A stretch of DNA of 64,000 nt from the NCBI GenBank assembly GCA_964016885.1, contig OZ024741.1, positions 63,178,001-63,242,000 on the forward strand. Direction: 5' to 3'. Numbering within the stretch: the stretch's first letter is position 1; every line of letters starts with the position of its first letter. The DNA comes from Eledone cirrhosa (taxonomy: Eukaryota). Of the stretch, positions 26,302-41,799 are shown piece by piece. Made by a program: the position numbers and the translations under genes. Below the pieces are notes generated by a model that was not told the DNA's origin, did not search any database, and worked only from the letters and a program-made list of their open reading frames with translations.

Positions 26302-26336
26302 CATGTATATATATGTGTGTTTGTGATTTATATATA

Positions 26337-26392
<56 letters not shown>

Positions 26393-27027
26393 CGTGTAAC
26401 TCTTTAGTGCTACTAGTAACATGTAACCCAATACAACCTGTCGCATGGTCGGGTCGTCGGCGACTAAACCGGCAACTCCACCAAGTTTACTTAGTGAGGA
26501 GGGTGATTTTGGACACCCTGCAGGACAAAAAATAAAACCGGACAAAGGGCGGAAGAACTCATAAGAATCAACGGCCATCCAAAAGTGTGTAAATATGTAT
26601 ATACACATGTACATGTGTATGCATATGTATATGTGTATATACACGGGTGCATGTGTGTGTATATGCGCGGGGAATAGAAATAGTCGGGCTGGACACCCGA
26701 TCGCGCGCTTAAACGACTGGGAGTGAAGGACCCGTAGCCTCTGTCAGGGCATTCTTCTAGGAGAAGGCATCTCAGGAAACTGGGATAACTCCGATATAAA
26801 ACCTGCGGCTCAGTAGTTACCGATGATGTTGATCTTTTCTTCTTTTCGAGTGATAGCTACTGTCGCTCAGAGAGTGGGATTGGCTCAGTGCACAGTCTCT
26901 CCTCATTTAAAAAAATATCTTCACGCACAGGCATTGCACGATAGAATTAATTAATAATTATTAATAATGCTATATCGGGCAGTGGCCATACTCGATAACG
27001 AGGGGGCAGCCATCATATATATATATG

Positions 27028-27133
<106 letters not shown>

Positions 27134-27361
27134 AGAGAGAGAGAGAGAGACGAACAAGTAAGGATGGAAGCAGCAGGGAAATATGTTTAAAGGATTTGGA
27201 TTCTTTTTTAATGCGACAAAGTGATTATTATGAAGAAGGCCTGTTCATTTTTGTGTTGAGAGGAGACAGATATATATATTGATATTTTTTTTTAATGCAT
27301 CATGTGGTACGAGTCATTCACAGATTTGCATTTGCTGTGTAAACACAGATAGTTGGATCTT

Positions 27362-27452
27362 CTCCTTTGGTGACCATCCGGATTTGACTACTGTAATTTA
27401 CCGATTAATTGGTGAAATATATTTTTTATTTAAAGAAATATATACAAAGGAG
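27362..27452 (+). ncRNA. Decayed hammerhead of the 20200 family
   Basis: ctcctttg GTGACCA...GAAA tata TA caaaggag; 8-bp stem I retained, core mutated. Confidence 0.5.
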
Positions 27453-27650
27453 ATTAATCATTTTAAAGGGTATCTATATTTGAAGTTCTAGTTAAACTTT
27501 AACTAGTTACCTACCTAGCTATGTGTGGTTACACACTTTACAGATTATTCCTTGTGATTGTTTCATATGTTTATTTTATATATATATATGTCAATCTATT
27601 TCTAGTTGATATATATATATAAATACATAAGAACGTATATAAATATATAT

Positions 27651-28272
27651 CATCATCATCATCATCGTTTAACATCCATATTCCATGCTTGCATGGGTTT
27701 GGACGGGAGTTTTCCCACTTGAGGCAAGAGTGGTTGTCTTGCTCGCATAGGACTGTCTGGCGGGTTTTCTACAGCTGGATGCCCTTCCTAACACCAACCA
27801 CATTTACAGTGTGGACTGGGAGGTTTTTACCGTGTTACCTACACAGCCACATTACAGCGTGGACTGTGTGTGTTTTTTGTCGTGACACCTACACGACCTC
27901 ATTTGTTTCGGCCTGGATGTTGGTACCAACATAACTTTACGTTGAAAGGGGTGGTGTGGATGGGGTGGGGGTAGTGGGGCGGGGGTGTATTTTGTTAGAG
28001 GTGCCTACTGACTGTAGTAGGTTTTACTTTGTATTTAGGTAAGGCGGGTCTTCTTTATTACTGTGTAGCGCCAAAGATCTCGGTCCAGTGACATTGTCTT
28101 GGAGAGGTGTAAGTGTGTGAGGTCGGAATTTATCAAGTCGTCCCAGGTTTTTCTGGGTCTGCCTACTCTATGGCTACCGTCTAATTTTATTGCCCTGCAC
28201 TTTTTATACAGCTGTCGTCTTTCATGTGCATCACGTGACCATACCAACGTAGCCTTCTCTCGAGTAAACAAC
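27651..28272 (-). mobile_element. 3' end of an RTE-clade LINE, same family as 44160-45705
   Basis: KKCRAIKLDGSHRVGRPRKTW, near-identical 3' UTR, (GAT)n tail. Confidence 0.88.
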
Positions 28273-29975
28273 ATATATATATATTATAACAATTTATTCA
28301 GTTGCTGCAGACATAGATTGAACTCAACGTTTAAATATAAATATAAATTTAAAATGTAGTATAATTGATTAAGCAATTTTAGTTAATATATGGAACCTGT
28401 CGATAAATCATTAGATTCCTTCACCTTTTTCTTTTTAAACTTTCTTCCTAAATATAAACAAGGATATAATAGACTACTCTAAAATGTCTATACTTCCAAT
28501 GTATTAAATAAAATATACGTAAGGTAAATTTCTATACTAAATATAAGGTTATCTGTAGAATCATTGGGTTTTTAAAATCTTTTAAATTATTTTTATTTAT
28601 TTGTTTTGATTATGATAGCTTCTCATAACTTTCATAAGTCTACCCTTTCAATATGTTGATTGAGATATACGCAGGATAAATTTCTATACTAAATATATAA
28701 AACATATTATTTTAACTAAGATACTCTATAGTATAAGACATTTAATGCTTTGATACTTCTAGATTTCTTTTGTCTATACTGATATAGTTACATTTCCAAA
28801 ATATATTCCTTTGGTATTTTAAATTTATATTGTTATGGTTATATTTACAAGTTATAATCCTTTAGTAATATATTGATATTGGATTATCTCTATACAAATG
28901 CATATGTGTATATTAACATGCATAAAGAGTGTTATAGGTTTTTTGTGTCTATATATGTCTGTATATATACATGAGTGATGCGTGACGACGCACGCAAATA
29001 TTTATTTATACATATGTGTGTGTGTATACGTATGTGTATATATCTATGTGGTTGAGAGGTATGTTGGAGATATGCATAATATTAAGCACATGAATGGTAA
29101 TCGTATATATGAGGACTTGAATGTTAATCGTATATATTTGTATATATATACTGTGGAATTTTTATAACACAAGGAATGTATAGCAGTGATTAAGAGAAAT
29201 CATTTACGTTTTGTATGGCTATATTGTTGGCTTGAGTAAACAAAATTTCTAGTTTCAGGACATGCGTATCTATGTATATATATATATACATATATATTTG
29301 TATGTCTTTGCATAAAATACTGATCTCTATAGCAAGGGTACATTTTGAACTCAGATTTTGGTATATTGATCTCAAGTTTCTAAACTAAGCATATAGTCAT
29401 TATTGAACAATGTTTAATTTCTCATATTATATATCTATGTCACATTCATGAATATTGATACTTATATTTTTATTATTCATTTCATATAAATTGTTAACTC
29501 AACTTAATATGACATGACGTAAAATTTTCATTGTCCCCCCCTCTCTCTATATAGTATTTCTCTCTCTTGAGTGTTTCTCTCTCTGTATGATGACTTGATA
29601 TCCCTCTGCTGCTTTCCTGTTTTTCTTATTTCTTCCTTTTCTTTCTTTTTTCTTTTTTCTTTTTTCTTTTTTCTTTTTTATTTCCTCCTATCTGTATTTA
29701 TCTCTTTCTTTTCTCCATACATTTCTCTCTCTCTCTCCGATATTTCTCCAGGGTTTCTTTCTCTTTCTTTCTCTCTCTCCCTCTTTGTTCTTTTCTCTCT
29801 CTTTTTCTCTCTCTCCGTCTTTTTCTTTTTCTTTCTCTCCGTCTTTTTCTAATTGTGCTTAACAATATGACTTATTAAAACAATGTAAACAAATCACTAT
29901 CCAGACAGCCTCCAAAACTAATGGTTGTATTTTAAAAGGGTACGTCAAAGCTATTTGTAAAACTGTTATATATTG

Positions 29976-30040
29976 TATTTTGTCTGATGAAGGCATACCA
30001 TAATTTAATGTGGTATCCCTGAAATATGCATAATGAAATA
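29976..30040 (+). ncRNA. Type I hammerhead ribozyme (3221 family) in a solo element ending at (TA)n near 30080
   Basis: tattttgt CTGATGA aggcataccata...tgtggtatccct GAAA tatgca TA atgaaata. Confidence 0.8.
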
Positions 30041-30079
30041 AATATGGTTTTATAATTATAGTTTCCATTTATTAATATC

Positions 30080-30166
<87 letters not shown>

Positions 30167-30359
30167 ATATGTATATATTTATATATATATTTATATATAT
30201 GTTTATACAGGTATATATGTATACATTTATATAAATGTATATGTATGAATATAAATATATATACATTTATATAAATGTATACATATTTATATAAACATGT
30301 ATTCATTTATATATATGTATATATATATATGTATATATATAAATATACATTTAAATATT

Positions 30360-30418
<59 letters not shown>

Positions 30419-30443
30419 AGAGAGAGAGAGAGAGAGAGAGAGG

Positions 30444-30551
<108 letters not shown>

Positions 30552-30899
30552 AGTTTAATATGACAAGGCGAAGAGTCTTCACACGCTAATTTCCATCCTT
30601 GTAGTCACGGGATCTTCAGTCGAGACAGAAAATATGAAAGAGTGAAAGAAAGAGAGAACAACATTTGTTTAAAATTTCACGCTGTAATATTCTTTATGGG
30701 AATTTTATAATAAGAGTTATTAGCGGTGGTGCGTTTATGTTTGAGAGAGTGAGTGTGTGAGAGACCGGTGTAAGTTGTAGTGTTAACGCCGAATATCTCT
30801 TTAAATCTTGGATGTATATATTTTCCGTCGTAAATCTAACATCTGTATTGCTAGAAGGAAATGGATAACCAGCTCATCATTCTTAAACCACATCAACAT

Positions 30900-32650
30900 T
30901 TCGTCTTTGATATCCAGCCATTTTAAGAAAGAATTATCTAATCGACTTTAAACCTCTCTTGCTCCAATGCAGATACGTTATGGCATTGAATCATCTTTTA
31001 AATCCCTCATACACCATCTATGTTACTTCCTTTCCACCGTTTACGGACATAACAGGATTCGTTTAATAATTACACCGCAGTTTTTCAACAACTGATCAAG
31101 ATACATTATGCACACAAGACCTGGATGAATTATAAAAACTACACTAAAAAGCGTTCATACAACGAATGCAAGAAGCAGGTGTAAACTGCCCTCAGGAAAC
31201 TGAAGGAGTCTTGATGGTTATCTAGCTTTGCTGAAATGCAGAAAGCAGGAAGCATGAAAGATGCAAAAGCTTTCTATGAAGGCCTCAAATATATGTTTGG
31301 GCCCCTAAAAAATGGTTCATCTATTCTATCTTCTGATATTAAAACTCTTTTAATGGGTAGAAATCCAATTATTTCCCGATTGAAAGAGTATTTTGAGGCT
31401 GTTCATATTTTGCTCTGTCATCAGTGATAACGTAACTATTTCTATTGCTCAAAGAATTATGCATAAAAAACGGTTGAAGATTCCATAAAACAAATGACAT
31501 CTACCCAAGCCTCTACTAGTGATGGCATAACACTCGAAATTTTCAGATTTTTTTCATTATTCTCACAGAACAAGGTGCGTTATGGCTCTAGTTGTCTTAG
31601 CACTTTTCTTTTCAGTCATGATGTACCATGCTTATGAAAACCACAACTCAGGTGTATAATTCTACTTCCTTAGCAGTAGTGGTCTTTTCAATCACCAACG
31701 CTTTAAATTAAAAACACTTGTCAATATGGCAATGATACATAACTTCTTATTTACAGAAGCTTGTTAATTGCTTCTCTAATGCGAATAAACACTTTGGTCC
31801 CACAATTATCATAAAAAAGACTGAAGTTGATGAACTGCTAAGGCCCAAATCCAAGCTTATCAGAGATATAAAACAACTAGTTCATCAGTTCACTATCACT
31901 CTCTCCTTCATCGATGACACAAACATGAAATATATAAATATTTTCTCCTATCTGCGGAGCAGAGTGACCTCAAGTGCTTGCTTTGGCGATGAAATAATCC
32001 AGCGTATAACTAAAGATAGAAATGATTTCAGCAAACCTCGTCATCGTCAGTAGGATAACCGGAGAATCTCACTGGAAACAGAAATTGATGCGTACCAAGC
32101 TGTAGTGTATTCTAATCGCCTGAATGGATGACATATTTTGGTCCCCCACCTGTCACATATTACCCAGATTGTCATTGGTCCTATTTGTGGATCCATCATA
32201 AATGACAGAATATTTAATATTGTCCTAGTCTATGAATGTAAAATTGATGTCATTGAATCCTTTCTTTTGGAATCCCAATTAATATGGATTGTTCATGTGG
32301 ACAGAATGTGGATAGAATTCGAAAAGTCTTAATGTATAACCAGCCCCAGGATGGAAAGGTAGGATGACTGTAGCTGAGGTACAAGGATAAACCCAAAGCT
32401 AACTTGAAAACACAGAGTTCCCTCTAGAAACATTTTTAAAACGACTGCGATGAATTAAATGAATGGAGGTTAACTTTCATCAAAATCATAAAACATCTAA
32501 TACTAAATCACCTGGAAAGAATTGAGAGCAAAGGCAAAATCTCGATCAAATCCGCTAGCCACTTCATATAAAATCTCTCCCTTGTCTCTAATCTGTTAAC
32601 TAGTGTGCAAAGCATTAGCTGCATTAATGTCTCATAAAAGACACAATGAT
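30900..32650 (+). mobile_element. Heavily decayed RTE-clade LINE
   Basis: Remnants KAFYEGLKYMFGP, FSYLRS, ISLETEIDAYQAVV, RYKDKPKANLK, terminal C..LAALMSHKRH. Confidence 0.65.
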
Positions 32651-33726
32651 CATAAGTTAAACGAATTGGTTGCTGAACACTCACATCTAAATCCACGGGG
32701 GAATCCATTATTAATACATAAAATATTTATATTTAATAAGTTGTGGTTGTTTCTAATTAAACAGTGGTATTTCAAAAAAATATGCTCAGCTACTGAATAA
32801 TTACTGATATTAGATATTGTACTGATATTAGATATAAGAGCTAGAATAAAACCAACCATGTTGTTTCTCGTCCCATTCTCTAGCGTAAATAGAGAGTAGA
32901 GAAATTCAGAGATGTTTAATGAAAGATTGAGTTTGTGTGCGACAGAATGTTCGATTAGTCCCATGTTCGATTCCAATAAGTGCCATATTCAGCAAATGTC
33001 ATTTACCACAGCATTATGTTGATCCATGCTTTGTGTGTGAAATTGTGGAGACGGAAACTGTTTTGGGAAACCTATCGGATGGACGATAGTACCTGTAAAT
33101 CAAAGGGTTTTCCTTATCACACTATATCTCCATGAGAATGACAGTAAAGATACATATGTTTATTTCATGAGCAAGGAACAACTGGACCACTCCCTATCAA
33201 AATCAACATACGGCCATTCTATGTGTGAGATAATGATATGAGCCTAGAAGAATTTTAATTTGGTTAACACGAACACCTCTGAGATATGCTTGAATAGTTA
33301 TATCTTTATTCGGTGAATTAACCGTGGAAGTAATATTTAATTTTTCCAACTTGAAACCCAATTCAAATCAAAAATTCGATTTCCAAGTTTTTTTTCTGCA
33401 ATAATTCACGTTGTGGATAGAAAATAAAGAAATAAAAAAATAATAGAACACATTGTTACAACTTAGTTCAAAATAAATAAATATATAACTGATTTCTAAA
33501 GAACTAAATTCATTTCATATAATTTAATAGTATTCAACTGATCAAATTATAATTCAATTGACCTATTAAGGATAATATGTGATTAGTAGTTTTTTAATCA
33601 TAAAATAGATAATTATAATAATTACTCTATTTATTTTCCTATTATATGTTACAGTACATCTACAAGTCAGTAAGTGATCGTAAAGAGCGAAGTATTTGCA
33701 CGCCTTTCTCATAAATCATATATATA

Positions 33727-35072
33727 TATTAAAATAACAGATTAAAGTTTAAGCAAAGAATCGCTGCTTTCACCCTTAACGGGATCTTCTGAAACTAACA
33801 AAGTCAATCTGTAAACGCAGAACTGGATATTTCAAAAAACGTTGCAACCGGAGGAAGACAGGAAGACGATACTTTGGTTCGTGGTAACGTTCGCTGGCAA
33901 AGAACGGGAAAAAACGAATAATACGTCATTAATAGGAGCGGTGAAAAACAATTACGCGCAAAGACAAAACCACGTTTATGGTATAAAAGAGGTCGTAGAC
34001 TAATGTTCTCTTAGGTGGTGCATAGAGACGTTCTCTGGCAATGAACGAAAAAACGAAGATAATAAGTCATATGTGGAGCGTGGAGAACAATAGCACGCAA
34101 AGACAAAACCACGTACGTATATTTGACTGTTATAGCGTATAATTTTTACATATTTTGGTATTTAGGGTTTGGATATGTGTATACGGGAGTTTTGCGTCCG
34201 CGTGAGTGTGCAGGCTCGTACGTATGGTGGGTGTGTGTATATGTGTACTTCTTGTTTTAGTTGACTTACGTCTCCGAACATTCGTGTATTTATATGTAGG
34301 TATGCGTGTGCGCTTGTTATATACGTATTTATTTACTTATATACGTTTATATAATTATTTGTTTATTTGTACACAAGCATACACACACACACATATTTAT
34401 ATGTGCGTGGTTTTGTATACCCATGGTAAGGTTTTGCGTATGCTTGTGTATGTACGTATCTGTTCGCGTGTATGTATTTATTTGTTTCTATTACTTCTGG
34501 ATTGTATTTATTTACTTTGTTCTTAACTCTGTAGCGGAGATTCATTTGGTCTCCTAGTTAGAATTTTAGTCTACGACTTCCGCTATACCATTTACGTGGT
34601 TTTGTCCTTGCATGCTATCGTTCTCCACGCTCCACATATGACTTATTATCTTCGTTTTTTCGTTCATTGCCAGAGAACGTATCTATGCACCACCTAAGAG
34701 AACATTAGTCTACGACCTCTTTTATACCATAAACGTGGTTTTGTCTTTGCGCGTAATTGTTTTTCACCGCTCCTATTAATGACGTATTATTCGTTTTTTC
34801 CCGTTCTTTGCCAGCGAACGTTACCACGAACCAAAGTATCGTCTTCCTGTCTTCCTCCGGTTGCAACGTTTTTTGAAATATCCAGTTCTGCGTTTACAGA
34901 TTGACTTTGTTAGTTTCAGAAGATCCCGTTAAGGGTGAAAGCAGCGATTCTTTGTTTAAACTTTAATCTGTTATTTTAATAAATATTTGCTCTACGGTTC
35001 TTATATATTTGATATATATTTTCCTTATCGAGCCCTCTTTGGATTTTAGTCTTCAATGTTATTCTTATTACT
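33727..35072. mobile_element. Large fold-back element: arms 33727-34115 / 34593-34981, 477-bp spacer, tail to about 35072
   Basis: 389-bp near-identical inverted arms with an internal subrepeat of about 140 bp. Variant hammerheads at 33746-33796 (-) and 34912-34962 (+). Confidence 0.92.
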
Positions 35073-35644
35073 ATATATATATATATATATATATATATTC
35101 TATATTCTTCCTCTTTCTCTGTATCTTTACCCACTCTAACAGTCACTCTCTATGTTAGCCTCTTCCTCACCCTTCACTCACTCACTCTCTGTTACTACCT
35201 CTCCTCCTCATCCTTCACGTTTGACCTGTGCGTAATTCTTTTCTTTCGCACGCTTGGTCAGGCTGGTTCGCCTTTTTTCTCTCTCTCGTCTACGATTTCA
35301 CAGAACTTATGTTCACCGAATTCACAGACTAGATTCCTTCTTCCTCCCGTTAGACCTGTACGGAATTCCTTCCTTGCTCACATTCCAACCAGGTTTGATG
35401 GTCTTTATTCTCTCTCGTTCACGATTTCACCGAACATATATTCATGGAAAATTGGGACTTGACTCGTTCTTCCTCACTTTTCTTTGCTTCACCATCTTTG
35501 TTTGTTTACACTCTCGTGTCCCCTTTATTTACGTGTCCCAACGACTTTTTTTAGCCGTTGCTCGCACCAACCGGAGGTATATGGTCTTTAAAGCGATGAA
35601 ATACCAATGATGGTTGGAAGATCACTGATGAAGGACTAACTTTA

Positions 35645-36139
<495 letters not shown>

Positions 36140-36291
36140 ATATATATATATAAATCAACTAGAAATAGACTGGCATATATATAAAATAAACATGTGGAAC
36201 AATCACAGGGAATAATTTGTAAAGTATGTAAGCACACATAGCTAGGTAGGTAACCAATTCAAGTTTATTCCCTGTGATTGTTCCATATGTT

Positions 36292-36348
<57 letters not shown>

Positions 36349-36467
36349 AATCTATTTCTAGTTGATATCAAATGCTCGGATCTAATTCATTGGAATCTTT
36401 GACCTTATTCTGCAGTGGATATGGCGCATGTCTCTCAGACATGACAACCCTTAATTTAATTTAATTT

Positions 36468-36580
<113 letters not shown>

Positions 36581-36719
36581 TGGTAGCTAAGATGCTTCCA
36601 GAGACGGTATGCCGGTTGAGCACTCTATGCTCTTAGAGAGCAGAGTATGATAGAATAGAAATCGAATAATCAGTGATGCATCTGAACTCAATTTATTGTA
36701 TATACATATATATATATAT

Positions 36720-36998
36720 ACATGTTAGGTATTTCCGAAGAAAAAGCAAAGGAAAAAAGAGTGCGCTATATATAGAACAGAGCTTTTTAATTAGTAAGTG
36801 AACAACACAATATATAACTACTCCATTACCAAAGGTTTCTGGATCCTAGACAATATTAATATACGTCTAGTTCGTTCTATCAGACAGAGATGTTATAACG
36901 TCTAATGAACGATATAGACGTATATTGATATTGTCTAGGGTCCTGAAACCTTTGGTAATGGAGTAGTTATATATTGTGTTGTTCACTTTCTAACTAAA
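36720..36998. mobile_element. Tail + fold-back (36796-36869 / 36915-36988) with a degenerate hammerhead
   Basis: Right arm reads CTAATGA...GAAA cctttgg TA atgg. Confidence 0.75.
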
Positions 36999-36999
36999 T

Positions 37000-37036
<37 letters not shown>

Positions 37037-37157
37037 CACCAATCCTAATTTTCAATTTTTGCTAGAGCGGCAATCGCTCTGTATAATCAGTCCTGATTAT
37101 TACTGGAATTCTATAAGAATCCACCCTCTATAATTTTCAACAAAGGTCGGCGAGTGC

Positions 37158-37203
37158 TAAGTTCTGATGATCACCAACTGTGTGAAACAGATCTGTCAGC
37201 TTA
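37158..37203 (+). ncRNA. Type I hammerhead in a solo unit of about 300 bp (37031-37330) of the 15687 family
   Basis: taagtt CTGATGA tcac-caact-gtgt GAAA cagatctg TC agctta. Confidence 0.8.
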
Positions 37204-37462
37204 TCTCCCTTCGTTTGTTGAAATAAGAAGTAAGTGACATAGTCACTACTTTAAAATAATAGCGTAAGGTCTTCAAAATGTTTTTAATTAAGCATACAGT
37301 ATATTGCCTAATATACTATACATATATTCATATATATATATATATATATAGTGTGCGTGTGTATGTGTGTGTGTGCGCGCGCTTCTGTATGAGTGTGCCT
37401 GTGTGATTGTGTGGGTGTGTGTGCCTGTTTATATATAATATACGCACACTGAGATATATGAA

Positions 37463-37543
<81 letters not shown>

Positions 37544-39399
37544 CATATAATTTCTTGATAAGCTATTAACCTATAAGATCATAGCAGAGCCAAACTTGCT
37601 GCTCATATCAAGGAGATATGTTTGATTTACATCCTCTCTAAATATGAAAACCAGGAACTGAAACCGCTGATGTTTCGTGAATTTGACCTTAATATATTAT
37701 GAAAAAACGCTTGTATGTAACAGATTTATTCGACACAGCTGAGAAAGCGGGTTCCTACATCTGGCTGAAAAGCGAGATGAGTGGTGCACCTGATACACTG
37801 GGGTGAATGGAGACGTCTCGCTCAGTTATAACTCCAGACGCGTCAAATGTCATGCTGTCCTGGCGCATTGAGGTTGACGGAGTCAGAACATGAGAGTCAC
37901 CAAATATTGCGCTGTTGTGCAGAAGTTTCATTGCCTATATAGGTGGGTGTCCTCGAGTAGCTCTGGTGTCATGGTGGAAGAGGCCGAAACACCTGGTGAG
38001 ACACCGACTCCTGAATTCGGAGACAGCAGCTCCTTCAGAAAAGGTCTATATTTACCTAGTATATGTGTGTGTATGTGTCTAGAGATAGGGGCTGTGCGCA
38101 CACCCGAGAAGAAGACAGAGAGGCAACGTGGGTATCGGCATGGGAAGAGAAAAATGGTTTTGTTCAACAAAAATATGTTGCAGGATTTAGCTCTGTCGAG
38201 TTATATCCCTCATCGTCAAGGTTGACTAGGAGATATGAAGGCGTGTGGTTTAATGGCTAGAATGCAAGGCTCACAACTGTAATATCGTGAGTTCGTTTCC
38301 CAATACTGGTGGTTTGCTAAGTCCTTCAAAAACATTTACTTGTTGTACCTGTAAATTCAAAGGGGAGGCCGATGATTACCGTAAATGTATACATATTTCT
38401 TTAGCTCTTGCACATGAATATCCCAAGCCAACTGTTCCATTTACCGAACAACTGCAACACACATCGTTGGAACCGACTAAGATCCAACACATATTACGAG
38501 ATAGAAAAAATACGTGCCAGATGAAGTGCTCGGACACAACATAATATAATACTCGATGGTCGTGCCCTGGTATGGACGGAGTTCATGAAACTAACCGAAA
38601 GAATTTAATAATATTGTTCAAATACTGGTTTCCTATACATATACTACACTACTAATATGCTTTAAGTTTTGGGAAATAACATGGGAAAGTATCTTAAAAC
38701 TGATGTACATTTAAACAATTCCTTTATTATAGGTGCATGAATGGCTCGAATATCGGCATCATAATGGCATTTTTAAAGTTCATTTCCTTTGTATTATATT
38801 TCCTTGTACTGTCTTTTTTATATGCTGAAGAGTTAAGCAACATCTACTGTGTTCATTAGCAGCAGTATTAGTGGGAAAAGAACTGATTATTATGTGTTAT
38901 TTTATTCAATAATAAAACTAATTAATATGTAAACCCTATTATTAAAATGTTGTTGGGTGAGATCCTCTACGAATAGAATGCGAATTTGATCTTCAACAAT
39001 ATCCATTTGTTGACTGGTTTGCAAGAAGATTCGGATTAACTCAAAGTTGTTAGAAGTGCGTGAAGTAGAACAACAGATCGATATTATATTAACTTGGAAG
39101 ATATTTTTTATGCAATGAAAACGGCTGTACGAATAAATTAACACTTGCAACTTTAAAATAATTTAAGTTTCTAGAGATAGCACATAACTTTAATAACAGA
39201 AAGTCTCAACTGTGAATTAAAACTAGTGATTCTATATTACATGTAAACCCCAATTCACCACACAACTTGTATTCTTAAATATTTCAAATAACATGTGCGA
39301 TCAAATTTCGATAATGTTGTATGATGCAGTATTGTTCAATACAGCCAGTACAGCAATACTTTGGTATTGTGGGATTTCCAAACGACATGAATAATTAAA

Positions 39400-39670
39400 A
39401 CCAACGACGAATTTAATAATCACAGAATACCTAACAGAGTACAGACATGCAATTGTCACACAGAAATTAAATGCCAAGTTATCGAAAAATGCTTGAAGGA
39501 ATCAGCTATATATGCAATCACTGTCACGTTAAATATTTAAAAAGCACCGTATCAACAATACAAGTATGATTGAAGAAAACAATATAAGGACCGACTTCAG
39601 TAGCTTAACAATGCATTTAGAACATTCCAAAGAAGAATGGATACAAAATATGCAGCACAGATATAGTTCA
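39400..39670 (+). pseudogene. Ancient PLE endonuclease remnant
   Basis: TCNCHTEIKCQVIEKCLKESAIYAITVT resembles the CNC..C...C...VY..TV motif of the element at about 22400. Confidence 0.45.
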
Positions 39671-39884
39671 ATATCTTTTTAACAAGCGTCTGTACACACG
39701 CAATCATATTATTTTTGTAGCATGGAAAAGTTATTGATTTCGAAATAGCACTGAATTATTAATTTACCATACAAGATTAATTCCATCCTCACGTGAAGGT
39801 GTGAAATACAAATTCTTAGAGCCACTTGAAGAGAAGTAAAATAGAATTCCACAATCTCTCTCTCTCTCTCTCTCTCACCCGCGC

Positions 39885-39953
<69 letters not shown>

Positions 39954-39959
39954 GTGTGA

Positions 39960-39999
<40 letters not shown>

Positions 40000-40326
40000 G
40001 TGTATGTATATATATATATGTATGTATATATGGGGCTGGGTGTATGTGTGAGAGTGTTTCAGTATGTTTGTAAACATGCACGTACGCGCGTGGTGTTTCA
40101 ATCACCAGACAGCCGCCATGCTGAGGCACGACTTTGTATATATATATATATATTGTGTAATTGTTTTGCAATATTATTTATGTGAAATAATGTGTGGAAC
40201 CACAAATTGTTATTGTAATTTGAAAATGTGACAAACGCGAACAGGATAATACCTGTAACAAAAGTCGATCGCTATAAATAATAGTATTGTATTTCTCCAA
40301 TATCCTAAGTTATCTATATACATGTG

Positions 40327-40438
<112 letters not shown>

Positions 40439-40791
40439 TTAGAAACACACAGATACATGCGGACACACACATATACATGAATGCATCCGCACCCAACCGT
40501 GAGTTAAGGGTGCCAACTTCACCGATGTTGCTCAATGAATGACTGGGACAGACCAATCCGGTTGAACTAGACTGAACCAGTATCAGAGTTAAAAATACAT
40601 TATGAAGAGAGAAGAAACATTTAGATATAATTAGTAATAAAATGTAAATAAATAAATGCAAGGACTCTATATCTTTATGATGTATTGTTTTTGTTTATGC
40701 CACGAAACTACGTAGTCGAGGAATCTAGGAGCAGTTTAGGTATGATACATTTTAATACTAATTATATCTAAATGTTTCTTCTCTCTTCATA

Positions 40792-40874
<83 letters not shown>

Positions 40875-40879
40875 TACGT

Positions 40880-40948
<69 letters not shown>

Positions 40949-41490
40949 TATATAATTATATGTTTACTGAATATCTATCTATCTATCTATATATATTAGA
41001 AAATGTGTGAAATCAAGTTGGTTAGAACTACAAGTGAAATCATTCTTTTCCTTTTTTTAAATGTACCTAACTGTGCCAAGGACTTCACATATTTTCCAAT
41101 ATTCTACCACTTTGTACACAACAGAATGGCTAACACACGTTCAATATCTGTTACTGGATCCCTCAAAAAAGCTCTCCATAATAATATATAAGTACCATTC
41201 TCTTAATAATGCCGTACATGAAATGGAACAACAAACACGCAGCTATAGGGAAAAGCTCGATTCCCTAATTACAGACCCCCAGAAACAAGAACAAATCTGA
41301 CCCTCGGAAATAGTTACACACGACCAGAATTCCATCGTTCATAATGCGTTTAAAGAATGGAATGAACTGAATCTGGAAAAAGCTTTAAAAGAAAGAAACC
41401 ACTAGATCTACCAAATCATAATATAAAATTAAATCAAGTTGTTTAGAATTACAAGGGAAGTCATTCTTTTCCCTTATATATATATATATA

Positions 41491-41673
41491 TAACGAAGGA
41501 AATGTGGTAAGGAACCAAGTGGACCATAACGCACCAAAGTACTCAATACTTAGGGTAGTAGAGTGGGTAATAGGAACAAGTAAGACCCCGACGGCTGAGC
41601 TCAAGCCGTTTCGACGGCTAATTAGCCGTCGAAACGGCTTGAGCTCAGCCGTCGGGGTCTTACTTGTTCCTAT
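41491..41673. mobile_element. Tail + perfect 104-bp palindrome (41570-41673) carrying the 3' half of a hammerhead
   Basis: GAAA cggct-tgagctc-agccg TC ggggtc in both arms; same tail as 15503. Confidence 0.88.
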
Positions 41674-41799
41674 ATATATATATATATATATATAAGAAAA
41701 TAACGAAATATATTATCACAATTAGAATGGTTAATCACTAAATATATATATATATATATATATTTACTGATTAACCATTTTAATTGTGATAATATATTT

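Noticed and set aside
30575-30625. CTGAAGA...GAAA on the minus strand (similar weak hits near 37965, 50340, 53570)
   Set aside because: Cleavage triplet, core or stem I defective; cannot be separated from chance by eye.
33727-34981. Interpretation as MITEs or DNA transposons with TIRs and TA target duplications
   Set aside because: One-sided tails, variable arm length within a family and embedded ribozymes fit retrotransposition better. 35764-36139 and 49893-50068 lack a visible core and remain ambiguous.
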